Below are positions 18,668 through 28,188 of a stretch of DNA of 46,479 bases, in pieces. A program made the position numbers and the translations under genes. The stretch spans positions 1 through 46,479 of the forward strand of contig JAHBSN010000001.1 of the NCBI GenBank assembly GCA_019639095.1, in the 5' to 3' direction. The stretch's first letter is position 1. Each line of letters opens with the position of its first letter. A model generated the notes under the pieces. The model saw only the letters and a list, made by a program, of their open reading frames with translations, had not been told where the DNA came from and searched no databases. This DNA comes from Actinomycetota bacterium (GTDB taxonomy: Bacteria; Actinomycetota; Acidimicrobiia; Acidimicrobiales; Iamiaceae).

Positions 18668-19461
18668 GCGAACGGCCCCGGACCGAAGGGGTCGGCGAAG
18701 GGATCGGCGGCGGGCGCCTCGGGCTCGGGCTCGGGGTCGAGGTAGGCGGCGTAGCCCTGGTCCTCGAGTTCGTCGGCCAGCTCGGGCCCGCCGGTGTGGC
18801 GGATCTGGCCCTTCACGAGGATGTGGACCTGGTCGACCTTCAGCTCGCGCAGCAGGCGCGTGTAGTGCGTGATGGCGAGGACGCCGAGGCCGGTCTCGGA
18901 GGTGGCCTCCTCCACGCGGCGCGAGCAGTCCCGCAGGGCGTCGACGTCGAGCCCCGAGTCGAGCTCGTCGAGGATGGCGATCTTGGGAGCGAGCACCCCG
19001 AGCTGCAGGGTCTCGTTGCGCTTCTTCTCGCCGCCGGACAGGTCGACGTTGAGGTCGCGCCCGAGGAAGCGGTCGGCGAAGCCGATGCGCGCCGCCTCGG
19101 CGCCCACGAGCGCCGGCGCCTCGGCGACGTCGCGCCCGCCGGCCTGGAACGCCGCCGCCAGCAGGGACTCCACCGACACGCCCGGCACCTCGGTGGGGTA
19201 CTGCAGGGCGAGGAAGAGGCCGGCCTGGGCCCGCTCCCACGTGTCGAGCGCCAGCAGGTCGACGCCGTCGAGGGTGACCGAGCCGCCGGTGACCTCGTAG
19301 CCGGGACGGCCCATGATCACGTGCGACAGCGTGGACTTGCCGGACCCGTTGGGGCCCATCACCGCGTGCACCTCGCCGCTGCGGACGGTGAGGTCGATCC
19401 CCTGGAGGATCTCCTTGCCGTCCACTCCGGCCCGCAGGCCCTTGATCTCGAGCACGGTCAT
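18664..19461 (-). CDS. sufC: Fe-S assembly ATPase SufC, copy 2
   Basis: ATG 19461. GPNGSGKST, FLALQYP, LSGGEKKRNE, ILDELDSGLDVDAL and ITHY are all intact. Confidence 0.92.
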   Translation of the reverse strand: MTVLEIKGLRAGVDGKEILQGIDLTVRSGEVHAVMGPNGSGKSTLSHVIMGRPGYEVTGGSVTLDGVDLLALDTWERAQAGLFLALQYPTEVPGVSVESLLAAAFQAGGRDVAEAPALVGAEAARIGFADRFLGRDLNVDLSGGEKKRNETLQLGVLAPKIAILDELDSGLDVDALRDCSRRVEEATSETGLGVLAITHYTRLLRELKVDQVHILVKGQIRHTGGPELADELEDQGYAAYLDPEPEPEAPAADPFADPFGPGPFA

Positions 19462-19796
19462 GCGGACGGAGCCTCCGAGGCGCTGGTGAGGGTGACCACG
19501 ACGTCGCCGTCGACCACGGCGGCGTCGTAGACGGGCACGGGCTGGGTGGCGGGGAGCACGTCGGGCTCCCCGGTGACGAGCGAGAACGAGCTGCCGTGCT
19601 TCCAGCACTCGATGTGGCACGTGTCGGCGTCGACCTCGCCTTCGCTGAGCGAGAAGTCGGCGTGGCTGCACCGGTCGCCGATGACGTAGACGGCGTCGGC
19701 GATGCGCACCACCGACAGGCGGTGGCCGTCGACGTCCACCCGGGTGGCACCGCCGTCGGGCAGGTCGTCGAAGCGGCCGACCACGATGCCGGTCAT
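19458..19796 (-). CDS. Rieske-type [2Fe-2S] ferredoxin
   Basis: DRCSHADFSLSEG...IECWKHGSSF gives CxH...CxxH. ATGA overlaps on both sides. Confidence 0.92.
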   Translation of the reverse strand: MTGIVVGRFDDLPDGGATRVDVDGHRLSVVRIADAVYVIGDRCSHADFSLSEGEVDADTCHIECWKHGSSFSLVTGEPDVLPATQPVPVYDAAVVDGDVVVTLTSASEAPSA

Positions 19797-21064
19797 CGGA
19801 GGTCCCCGGCGGTGCGGTCGAGCTTGGCGGCGATGCGGGCCCGCACCGCGGGCACCGCGGCCGCCACGGGCAGGGCGCGGACCACCTCGTCGAAGAACCC
19901 GCCCACGATCAGGCGATCGGCCTGCTGGGGCGGCACGCCGCGGCTCTCGAGGTAGAAGCGCTGCTCGGGGTCCACCGGGCCCACGGTGGAGGCGTGGCTG
20001 CAGTGGACGTCGTTGGTCTCGATCTCGAGGTTGGGCACCGACTCGGCCCAGGCGTCGTCGGACAGCTTCACGTTGCGGTTGGTCTGGAAGGCGTTGGTGC
20101 CGCGCGCCTCCTTGTCGACCCGGATGAGGCCGGTGTAGACCGACCGGCTCCGGCCGCCGACGGCGCCCTTGAAGAGCAGGTTCGACGTGGTGTCGGGGGC
20201 GTCGTGGAACTGGAACGTGCGGAAGTCGAGCGTCTGGTCGGCCTCGCCGAAGTAGGCGGCGAGCAGGTCGGTGTTGGAGCCGCGACCGGCCATGCGGCAG
20301 TCGGTGCGGAGCCGGGCGTAGCTTCCGCCGAGGCCCACGAGCGCCGCCTGGAGGTCGGCCTCCTGGTCGACGCGGGCGAGCAGCGAGCCCACCTGCCAGG
20401 CCTCGGCACCGAGTTCCTGGACGTGGAGGTAGCCGAGGCGCCCGCCACGGGCCACGTCGAGCTCGGTGAGCGGGATGGTGAGGACCGCACCCTCGCCCGA
20501 GGTGGCGTGGTGGACGACGGTGGCCTCGGCCCCCTCCCCCACCCGGACCACCAGCCGGCCGAAGGTGGCCAGACCGGCGGTGGCCACGTGGTCGACCACC
20601 AGGATCGGGGCGTCGAGGCGAACACCCCGGGGCACCTGGACCACCACGGGGTGGGCCGACAGGGCGTCGTTGAGCGCGGCGAAGACGTCGGGACCGGCGC
20701 CGGCCACCACGCCCAGCCCGGCGAGGTCGGCATCGTCCAGGCGATCGGCGGTGGTGATCACCACCCCGGCGTCGGACCAGCGGCCGGGCAGGTCCGACAC
20801 GTGCACGGCCCCGTCGACCACGGTGACCGTGACGGTGGGGTCGGCCACGAGCGACGAGCCCCCGGCGTCGGGCGCCGCGCCCTGGGCGGTGGCCGGCGTG
20901 AACGCGTCGAGGTCCAGGTCTCCGATGCGGGAGTAGCGCCAGACCTCCTCCTCGGCGGTGGGCCAGGGGGCGGCGGAGAACCGCTCGGCCGCCGCCGCCC
21001 GGCGGGCCCGGAGCCAGGCGGGTCCGGGCAGGGCGGCCGCGGTGTCGGCGATGGGGGTGCTCAG
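19793..21064 (-). CDS. sufD: Fe-S assembly protein SufD, probably CTG-initiated (423 aa)
   Basis: C-terminal SVPNLEIETNDVHCSHASTVGPVD.EQRFYLESRG. The frame stays open 72 codons upstream of the ORF-track GTG and encodes WLRARR...PTAEEEVWRYS. A CTG at 21064 follows GAGGAG by 9 nt. Confidence 0.88.
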   Translation of the reverse strand: MSTPIADTAAALPGPAWLRARRAAAAERFSAAPWPTAEEEVWRYSRIGDLDLDAFTPATAQGAAPDAGGSSLVADPTVTVTVVDGAVHVSDLPGRWSDAGVVITTADRLDDADLAGLGVVAGAGPDVFAALNDALSAHPVVVQVPRGVRLDAPILVVDHVATAGLATFGRLVVRVGEGAEATVVHHATSGEGAVLTIPLTELDVARGGRLGYLHVQELGAEAWQVGSLLARVDQEADLQAALVGLGGSYARLRTDCRMAGRGSNTDLLAAYFGEADQTLDFRTFQFHDAPDTTSNLLFKGAVGGRSRSVYTGLIRVDKEARGTNAFQTNRNVKLSDDAWAESVPNLEIETNDVHCSHASTVGPVDPEQRFYLESRGVPPQQADRLIVGGFFDEVVRALPVAAAVPAVRARIAAKLDRTAGDLR

Positions 21065-21143
21065 GGGTCGACGCTCCTCGAGTGGGCGGGTGTTGGACCC
21101 GGTGACCGGGTGACGAGCCTACCGGCTGCCAAGATGAGGCCCT

Positions 21144-21521
21144 ATGCCGATGCGGCAGAACTGCAAGTTCTTCGAGTCCCGCACCTACGCCAACGGCGAG
21201 ACGGTGCGGAAGTGCGACCTGGACCTCGCCCCCGAGGCCCCGTGGCGCTGCCCCGCGGACTGCACGGCGTTCCAGCCCCGCCTCGCCGACGTGAACTGGC
21301 AGCACGGCTCGCTGATCACCCCGCCCACCCCCGACGAGCCCGTCGACCTCGACCAGCGGGGCGACGACGTCGCCGCCCTGCTCGACGCCGCCGAGGACAT
21401 CATCAACGCCGCCGGCCCCCAGATCGTGGCCGAGGTGGAGGCCGAGACCGCGGCGCGGCGGGCCGCGGAATCCCGCGGCGGGCGCCTCGGTCGCTTCTTC
21501 CGGCGCAAGCCCAAGCCCTGA
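21144..21521 (+). CDS. Hypothetical protein with a 4-Cys motif (C-X16-C-X11-C-X3-C)
   Basis: Clean 125-aa ORF with high-GC3 codons, divergent from sufD, ending in a basic amphipathic tail [13 protein letters not shown]. Confidence 0.8.
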   Translation: MPMRQNCKFFESRTYANGETVRKCDLDLAPEAPWRCPADCTAFQPRLADVNWQHGSLITPPTPDEPVDLDQRGDDVAALLDAAEDIINAAGPQIVAEVEAETAARRAAESRGGRLGRFFRRKPKP

Positions 21522-21597
21522 GCGCTGCTGGGTGCGGTCGGCGGCGCCCACCGCACGGTTGGCGGCGCCGGGCGCTCGCTCCGTAGCGTCGGCGCCG

Positions 21598-22521
21598 GTG
21601 GACAGCGGTCTCTACGAATCCTTCACGCGCGACCAGTGGCGGGCGCGCCGCGCCGCCACGCCCCTCACGCTCACCGACGCCGACCTCGACGAGCTGCGCG
21701 GCCTCAACGAGGCCCTCGACCTCGACGAGGTGGAGTCGGTCTACCTCCCCCTGTCGCGCCTGGTGAACCTGCACGTGGCCGCGGCCCGGGGCCGAGACGA
21801 GGCCACGGCCACCTTCCTCGGCCGCGAGCACCGGCCCGCGCCGTTCGTGATCGGGGTGGCCGGCAGCGTGGCGGTGGGCAAGAGCACCACGTCCCGCGTG
21901 CTCCAGGCCCTGCTGGGCCGGTGGCCCGCCCACCCCCGGGTCGACCTGGTCACCACCGACGGGTTCCTGTTCCCCAACGCCGAGCTCGAGCGTCGGGGCC
22001 TGCTCGGTCGCAAGGGCTTCCCCGAGAGCTACGACGTCCGGCGCCTGCTCGAGCTGCTGCGCCAGGTGAAGTCGGGGGTCGAGGAGGTGCGCGCCCCCAC
22101 CTACTCGCACCTGGTCTACGACGTGCAGGCCGCCGAGCACGACGCGGTGATCCGCCGGCCCGACATCTTGATCGTGGAGGGCCTCAACGTGCTCCAGGTG
22201 GGCCGGGGCACCACCACGTTCGTGTCGGACTACTTCGACATCTCGATCTACGTGGATGCCGCCGTCGACGACGTGCGGCGCTGGTACGTCGAGCGGTTCC
22301 AGACGCTGCGCGAGACCGTGTTCCAGCGGCCCGACTCCTACTTCGCCCGCTACGCCCACCTGTCGGAGGCCGAGGCCACCGAGACCGCGCTCGGCATCTG
22401 GCGCGACATCAACGAGCGCAACCTCGTGGCCAACATCGAGCCCACCCGAGACCGGGCCACGGTGGTGCTCCACAAGGGCCCCGACCACCGCGTCACCCAG
22501 GTACGCCTCCGCCGCACCTGA
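21598..22521 (+). CDS. coaA: Type I pantothenate kinase
   Basis: [32 protein letters not shown] and EGLNVLQ. GTG 21598 lies 8 nt after TAGCGT. Confidence 0.95.
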   Translation: MDSGLYESFTRDQWRARRAATPLTLTDADLDELRGLNEALDLDEVESVYLPLSRLVNLHVAAARGRDEATATFLGREHRPAPFVIGVAGSVAVGKSTTSRVLQALLGRWPAHPRVDLVTTDGFLFPNAELERRGLLGRKGFPESYDVRRLLELLRQVKSGVEEVRAPTYSHLVYDVQAAEHDAVIRRPDILIVEGLNVLQVGRGTTTFVSDYFDISIYVDAAVDDVRRWYVERFQTLRETVFQRPDSYFARYAHLSEAEATETALGIWRDINERNLVANIEPTRDRATVVLHKGPDHRVTQVRLRRT

Positions 22522-22561
22522 TCCCGGGCGCACGCCCCCGTCCGGCTGGTAGGCAGGGCTC

Positions 22562-23329
22562 ATGACCGAGCCGACGGGAACCGTCACCGGGTGCTGGCGC
22601 TACCCCGTGAAGTCGATGCAGGGGTTGGCCGAGGACGCGCTGGAGGTGACCGCGGCGGGCGTGGTCGGCGACCGGGCCCGCGCCCTGGTCGATCCGGCCA
22701 CCGGCCACATCCTGACCGCCAAGCGGGTGGAGGACCTGCTGTTCGCGTCGGCCACAGACGACGGCATCGCCCTCCCCGACGGCACGGTGGTGGGGGTCGA
22801 CAGCCCCCACGTGGACGACGCCCTCTCCGCGTGGTTGGGCCGCCCCGTCCACCTGGCGGCGGGCGACGAGGCGGGCCAGCGCAGCTTCGAGATGACCTTC
22901 GACCCGCCGAACGACGACGCCGAGTACTACGAGATCCCCGCTCCCCCGGCCACGTTCCTCGACTCGGCGCAGGTGCACGTGGTCAACGCCGCCACGCTGC
23001 GGGGCTGCGCCGCAGCCCGGCCCGACCTCGATTGGGACGTGCGGCGCTTCCGGCCCAACGTGCTGGTGGACCTGGGCGGCGACGCCTTCGCCGAGCAGGC
23101 CTGGATCGGCGGCGAGGTGCGGGTGGGCGACGTGGTCCTGCACGTGGAGGGGCCCACCGTGCGCTGCGCCATGCCCCTGCGGGCCCAGCCCGACGGGATC
23201 GAGCGCGAGCCCGAGCTGTTCGAGGCGATGAGCGAGCTGAACGAGGTCCACCCGAACCACCTCGGCCTCTACTGCCGGGTGGTGTCGGGGGGTCGGGTGG
23301 CGGTGGGCGACGCGGTGGCGGCGGTCTGA
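22562..23329 (+). CDS. MOSC-domain protein (YcbX/mARC-like)
   Basis: RYPVKSMQG, GDR, RRFRPNV, RC and G.VAVGD motifs. Confidence 0.9.
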   Translation: MTEPTGTVTGCWRYPVKSMQGLAEDALEVTAAGVVGDRARALVDPATGHILTAKRVEDLLFASATDDGIALPDGTVVGVDSPHVDDALSAWLGRPVHLAAGDEAGQRSFEMTFDPPNDDAEYYEIPAPPATFLDSAQVHVVNAATLRGCAAARPDLDWDVRRFRPNVLVDLGGDAFAEQAWIGGEVRVGDVVLHVEGPTVRCAMPLRAQPDGIEREPELFEAMSELNEVHPNHLGLYCRVVSGGRVAVGDAVAAV

Positions 23330-23353
23330 CCTGGCTGACCGGCGGCCGGGCGG

Positions 23354-24751
23354 TCAGCCGACCGAGCCCTCCATCTGGAGCTCGATCAGACGGGACCACT
23401 CCACGGCGTACTCCATGGGCAGGGTCTTGGTGACCGGCTCGATGAAGCCGTTGACCACCATCGACATGGCCTGGTCCTCGGAGAGGCCGCGGCTCATCAG
23501 GTAGAAGAGCTGCTCGTCGGCCACCTTGGACACGGTGGCCTCGTGCCCGATCACCGCGTCGCGCGCACCCACCTCCATGTAGGGGTAGGTGTCGCTCACC
23601 GACTCGTCGTCCAGGATCAGGGCGTCGCACTGCACGTGGCTCTTGCAGCCGTAGGCGCCGTCCTCCACCCGGACCAGGCCCCGGTACGAGGTGCGCCCGC
23701 CATCCTTGGAGATCGACTTGGACACGATCTTCGACGTGGTCTCCGGTGCGGCATGGACCATCTTCGACCCGGTGTCCTGGTGCTGGCCCTCGCCGGCGTA
23801 GGCCACCGACAGCACCTCGCCCGACGCCTTGGGGCCCACGAGCCACACGGCCGGGTACTTCATGGTGAGGCGGCTGCCGATGTTGCCGTCGATCCACTCC
23901 ATGTGGCCCTCGGCCTCCACCCGGGCCCGCTTGGTGACCAGGTTGAAGACGTTGCTCGACCAGTTCTGGATGGTGGTGTAGGTGACCCGGGCCGACGGCT
24001 TCACCACGATCTCCACCACCGCCGAGTGCAGCGAATCGGACGTGTAGGTGGGTGCCGAGCATCCCTCGATGTAGTGCACGTCGGAGCCCTCGTCGGCGAT
24101 GATCAGCGTGCGCTCGAACTGGCCCATGTTCTCGGCGTTGATGCGGAAGTAGGCCTGCAGCGGCATGTCGACCTTCACGCCCGGCGGGACGTAGATGAAC
24201 GAGCCACCAGACCACACCGCGGTGTTGAGCGCCGAGAACTTGTTGTCGTTGGCCGGGATGACCGTGCCGAAGTACTGCTTCACGATCTCGGGGTGCTCGC
24301 GCAGCGCCGTGTCCATGTCGCAGAAGATCACGCCGAGGCGCTCGAGGTCCTCGCGGTTGCGGTGGAAGACGACCTCGCTCTCGTACTGCGCCGTGACGCC
24401 GGCGAGGTACTTGCGTTCAGCTTCCGGGATGCCGAGCTTCTCGTAGGTCTGCTTGATGGCGTCGGGGAGCTCGTCCCACTCGTCGACCTGCGACTTGGTG
24501 GGCTTGATGTAATAGAAGATGTCGTCGAAGTAGATCTCCGACATGTCGCCGCCCCAGTTGGGCATGGGCCGGCGCTCGAAGGCGCGCAGGCTCTTCAGGC
24601 GCCGGTTGAGCATCCAGTCGGGCTCGCCCTTCATCCACGACATCTCGTTGACGATGTCGGTGCTCAGCCCTCGCTTGGGCTTGAACACGTAGTCCTCGGC
24701 GTCGGACCAGCCGAGCTTGTAGCGGCCGAGATCGAGTTCGGTGGCGGTCAT
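23354..24751 (-). CDS. sufB: Fe-S assembly scaffold SufB
   Basis: [51 protein letters not shown] and LPMEYAVE. Confidence 0.97.
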   Translation of the reverse strand: MTATELDLGRYKLGWSDAEDYVFKPKRGLSTDIVNEMSWMKGEPDWMLNRRLKSLRAFERRPMPNWGGDMSEIYFDDIFYYIKPTKSQVDEWDELPDAIKQTYEKLGIPEAERKYLAGVTAQYESEVVFHRNREDLERLGVIFCDMDTALREHPEIVKQYFGTVIPANDNKFSALNTAVWSGGSFIYVPPGVKVDMPLQAYFRINAENMGQFERTLIIADEGSDVHYIEGCSAPTYTSDSLHSAVVEIVVKPSARVTYTTIQNWSSNVFNLVTKRARVEAEGHMEWIDGNIGSRLTMKYPAVWLVGPKASGEVLSVAYAGEGQHQDTGSKMVHAAPETTSKIVSKSISKDGGRTSYRGLVRVEDGAYGCKSHVQCDALILDDESVSDTYPYMEVGARDAVIGHEATVSKVADEQLFYLMSRGLSEDQAMSMVVNGFIEPVTKTLPMEYAVEWSRLIELQMEGSVG

Positions 24752-24804
24752 GGCGATCCTCGGGAGATGACGACGACGGCGGGCGCCGGACGGCCTGCCG
24801 GTGG

Positions 24805-24830
24805 ATTTCTCCTACGGCGATGGTAGCAAT
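24805..24830 (-). promoter_or_regulatory. Second copy of the suf operator, overlapping a -10-like TACCAT upstream of sufB
   Basis: Minus strand ATTGCTACCATCGCCGTAGGAGAAAT versus ATTACCACTATCGCCGTAGTGCTAAT at 5793-5818: 19/26 identity including ATCGCCGTAG. Confidence 0.68.
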
Positions 24831-24878
24831 TCGACCGGCCGTTCCGCTACGGGCGGTCGGAGCCCTCGATGCGCCCGA

Positions 24879-25943
24879 TCAGGCGCCCAGCGGGGCGTGC
24901 GGGTAGCCGTCGAGCACCAGGCGCGCCACCCGGTCGCACTCCCGCTCGTGGGGGTAGCCCGAGAGGATGAAGGCGTCGATCCCCAGCTGGCGGTAGGCGT
25001 CGAGCTTGGCCCGGACCTGGTCGGGGTCGCCCACGATCGCCGCCCCGGCGCCCGACCGGGCCCGGCCGATGCCGGTCCAGAGGTTGTCCTCCACGTAGCC
25101 CTCGTCGTCGGCCGCGTGCCGTAGCTCGCCCTGTCGGGCGACGCCGGCCGACGCCGTGTCGAGCGACCGGTTCCGGATGGCCGTGCCCGTGTCGTCGTCG
25201 AGGGCCGCCACCAGGTGCCGGGCGGCGGCCCGGGCCTCGGCCTCGGACTCGCGCACGATCACGTGCACCCGGTAGCCGAAGCGCAGCGTGCGGCCGTGCG
25301 CCGCCGCCCGGGTCCGCAGGTCGTCGACGATCGCCGCCACCGCCGGAAGGGTGTCGGGCCACATGAGGTAGACGTCGGCCTCCTGCGCCGCCACGTCCCG
25401 GGCCGCGGGCGACAGGCCCCCGAAGTAGAGGGGCGGGCACCCCGGTCCGGCGGCGGCGATGCGCGGCGCGGCGAGGGCCTCGCCGTGCACCGAGACGGCC
25501 TCGCCGGCCAGCAGCCGCCGCAGGTCCCGCATCGCCGTGAGCGTGCGCTGGTAGCGGGGCTCCGACGCGAGCGACTCGCCCGGCACGTCGCTCGAGATGA
25601 TGTTGACCAGCAGGCGGTCGCCCAGGATCTGCTGGAGCGTGGCGATCTGGCGGGCGAGCTGGGGCACCACCAGCTCGCCGATGCGCACGGCCAGCAGCAA
25701 CCGGATCCGCTCGGTGAGCGGGCCCACGGCGGCGGCGAACGCGGTGGCGTCGATGCCGAGGGCGTAGCCCGACGGCAGGAGCACGGCGTCGAACCCGTTG
25801 CGGTCGGCGGCCACCACGATCGAGCGGCAGTGGTCCCAGCTCGACGCCAGCGCCGGGTCGGGCACCCCCAGCTGCTCGTAGTCGTCGTCGCACAGGGCCC
25901 CGAACCAGGACACCTCGGGCAGCACGCTCGGCAGGTCGGACAC
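24879..25943 (-). CDS. LLM-class flavin-dependent monooxygenase (SsuD/RutA-like fold)
   Basis: ADRNGFDAVLLP, LLLAVR, PPLYFGGLS.AA..VAA..ADVYLMW and AAIVG.P..V...L..Y..LGID.FILSGYPH. GTG 25943 lies 8 nt after TAGCGT. Confidence 0.9.
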   Translation of the reverse strand: MSDLPSVLPEVSWFGALCDDDYEQLGVPDPALASSWDHCRSIVVAADRNGFDAVLLPSGYALGIDATAFAAAVGPLTERIRLLLAVRIGELVVPQLARQIATLQQILGDRLLVNIISSDVPGESLASEPRYQRTLTAMRDLRRLLAGEAVSVHGEALAAPRIAAAGPGCPPLYFGGLSPAARDVAAQEADVYLMWPDTLPAVAAIVDDLRTRAAAHGRTLRFGYRVHVIVRESEAEARAAARHLVAALDDDTGTAIRNRSLDTASAGVARQGELRHAADDEGYVEDNLWTGIGRARSGAGAAIVGDPDQVRAKLDAYRQLGIDAFILSGYPHERECDRVARLVLDGYPHAPLGA

Positions 25944-25958
25944 GCCCGCCGACGCTAC

Positions 25959-26096
25959 CGGAACGCTTCTTGTGCCCACGTTCGCCGGAAACGGCGAACA
26001 CGGGCACCAGAACGGCGCACCGAATCTGCGCAGATTCTGCGGAACGGTTCTTGTGCCCACGTTCGCCGGAAACGGCGAACACGGGCACCAGAACGG
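25959..26096. repeat. Two 57-bp direct repeats (period 81), each a GAAA-capped hairpin, separated by a 24-bp spacer containing a 16-bp palindrome
   Basis: 25959-26015 and 26040-26096 differ at one base. Core TTCTTGTGCCCACGTTCGCCG-GAAA-CGGCGAACACGGGCACCAGAA. Spacer palindrome GAATCTGCGCAGATTC at 26022-26037. Confidence 0.9.
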
Positions 26097-26103
26097 ACGG
26101 GGC

Positions 26104-27039
26104 TCAGGGGAGGGGGACGCCCTCGGAGGCCTCGATGATGCGGTAGCAGTCGGCGCGGTCGAGGTGGACCGACAGGGCGGCCACCGACGACCGCAGGCGT
26201 TCCACCGACTGCGTGCCGAGGATGGCCACGGGGCGGAACGGGAGGGCGAGCACGAAGGCGAGGGCCACCGTGGCCCGATCGACCCGCTCGCGCACGGCGA
26301 GCCCATCGAGCGTGGCCACCAGCTCGGGCCCGATGCTGTCGTCGGTGGAGGGTCCCGAGCCGGCCAAGCGACCGCCGGCCAGCGGGCTCCACGCCAGCAC
26401 CGCCAGCCCGGCGCGCATGGCGAGGTCGCCGGTGCCGTCGCGCAGGGGGGCCAGCTGCAGGGCCGACAGCTCGGGCTGGGTGGCCACCAGCGGCGCCCGC
26501 AGGTGGGCGGCGAGCGCCTCGGTCTGCGCCGGCGTGTGGTTGGAGACCCCGACGGCGCGCACCTTGCCGGCGTCCACCAGCTCGTCGAGCACCCCCGCCA
26601 CCTCGGCCGGGTGGGCCAGCAGGTCGGCTCGGTGCACCTGGTAGAGGTCGATCACGTCCACCCCGAGCCGACGCAGCGACGCCTCGCAGGCCGACCGCAG
26701 GTAGCGGGCCGAGCTGTCGTAGGGCACCCCCTCGCTGATGCCGCCCTTGGTGGCCAGCACCATGCGGTCCCGCAGCGAGGGCGCCGCCGCCAGCACCGCG
26801 CCGAGGAGCTCCTCGGACTCGCCGAACCCGCCGCCGCCCCAGCCCCGCCCGTAGATGTCGGCGGTGTCCACCAGATCCATGCCGAGTTCGAGGGCGGTCT
26901 CCACCAGCTCCTGCCCTCGGGCCACGTCGGTGCCCACGAACCGCCAGCACCCGAAGGCGAGGGGCCCCACGAGCAGGTCGGGCCCGAGCGAGCGGCGGGA
27001 CGGGTCGACGAGGGACGGCAGGTCGGTGGGTGCGGACAC
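26104..27039 (-). CDS. Aldo/keto reductase
   Basis: LAFGCWRF, DTADIYG, LATKGG, SLRRLGVDVIDLYQVHR, GKVRAVGVSN and AWSPLAGG. Confidence 0.93.
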   Translation of the reverse strand: MSAPTDLPSLVDPSRRSLGPDLLVGPLAFGCWRFVGTDVARGQELVETALELGMDLVDTADIYGRGWGGGGFGESEELLGAVLAAAPSLRDRMVLATKGGISEGVPYDSSARYLRSACEASLRRLGVDVIDLYQVHRADLLAHPAEVAGVLDELVDAGKVRAVGVSNHTPAQTEALAAHLRAPLVATQPELSALQLAPLRDGTGDLAMRAGLAVLAWSPLAGGRLAGSGPSTDDSIGPELVATLDGLAVRERVDRATVALAFVLALPFRPVAILGTQSVERLRSSVAALSVHLDRADCYRIIEASEGVPLP

Positions 27040-27076
27040 GGCGCGGGATCGTACCGGCGGGTGGCACGATGCGGGC

Positions 27077-28165
27077 ATGGCCGACGAGGTGCGCTACGGG
27101 ATCATCGGGACCGGGATGATGGGCGTCGAGCACCTGTGGAACCTGCACCACGTGCCCGGGGCGCGGGTGACCGCCATCGCCGACCCGAACGGCCCGAGCC
27201 GCGAGTTCGCGGTGGCAGCCGACGAGGGGCGCAACGACTTCGAGGTGTTCACCGACCATCGGGACCTCCTGGCGTCGGGCCTGGTGGACGCCGTGGTGGT
27301 GGCCACCCCCAACATGACCCACCGCCAGGTGCTCGACGACGTGCTCCCCACCCCGCTGCACGTGCTCGTCGAGAAGCCGCTGTGCACCACCGTGGCCGAC
27401 TGCGACGCCGTGCTCGCCGCCGCCCGGGGCCGCGAGGGCATCGTGTGGGTGGGCCTCGAGTACCGGTACATGCCGCCGGTGGCCCGGCTGCTCGACGTGG
27501 TGAGGGCCGGCACCGTGGGCCGCCCGACCATGGTGGCCATCCGCGAGCACCGCTTCCCGTTCCTGGCGAAGGTGGGCGACTGGAACCGCTTCAACCGCAA
27601 CACCGGCGGGACGCTGGTGGAGAAGTGCTGCCACTTCTTCGACCTGATGAACCAGGTGGTGGACGACGCGCCGGTGCGGGTGCTGGCGTCGGGCGCCCAG
27701 GACGTGAACCACCTCGACGAGGCCTACGACGGCGAGGTGCCCGACATCTTGGACAACGCCTTCGTGATCGTCGACTACGCCGACGGCGCCCGCGCCCTGC
27801 TCGACCTGTGCATGTTCGCCGAGGCCAGCGAGCACCAGGAGGAGCTGTCGGTGGTGGGCCCGCTCGGCAAGGTGGAGGCGTTCCTCCCGAGCTCCACGGT
27901 GCGCGTGGGCCTGCGGGCCACCGGCCGCCCCGGGATCGCCACCGAGGAGGTGCACGATCCCCGCGTGGCCTACGAGGGCTTCCACCACGGGTCGAGCTAC
28001 CTCGAGCACCTCGACTTCATCGACGCCATCCGCCGCGGGGGCACCGCAGGCGTGGGCCTGGCGGAGGGCCGCCTGTCGGTGGCCATGGGCGTGGCCGCGC
28101 AGCGCTCGATCGCCGAGGGCCGAGCGGTCACGATGGCCGAGGTGCTCGGCGAGACCGCCTCCTGA
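27077..28165 (+). CDS. Gfo/Idh/MocA-family oxidoreductase
   Basis: YGIIGTGMMG, VATPN..H, VEKP and GGTLVEKCCHFFDL. ATG 27077. Confidence 0.92.
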   Translation: MADEVRYGIIGTGMMGVEHLWNLHHVPGARVTAIADPNGPSREFAVAADEGRNDFEVFTDHRDLLASGLVDAVVVATPNMTHRQVLDDVLPTPLHVLVEKPLCTTVADCDAVLAAARGREGIVWVGLEYRYMPPVARLLDVVRAGTVGRPTMVAIREHRFPFLAKVGDWNRFNRNTGGTLVEKCCHFFDLMNQVVDDAPVRVLASGAQDVNHLDEAYDGEVPDILDNAFVIVDYADGARALLDLCMFAEASEHQEELSVVGPLGKVEAFLPSSTVRVGLRATGRPGIATEEVHDPRVAYEGFHHGSSYLEHLDFIDAIRRGGTAGVGLAEGRLSVAMGVAAQRSIAEGRAVTMAEVLGETAS

Positions 28166-28188
28166 CCTCGGGCGTACCATCGGCGGCC

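Noticed and set aside
25959-26096. Mini CRISPR array
   Set aside because: Only two repeats. They are 57 bp long with a 24-bp self-palindromic spacer, there is no AT-rich leader and no cas genes. It fits a REP-like family better.
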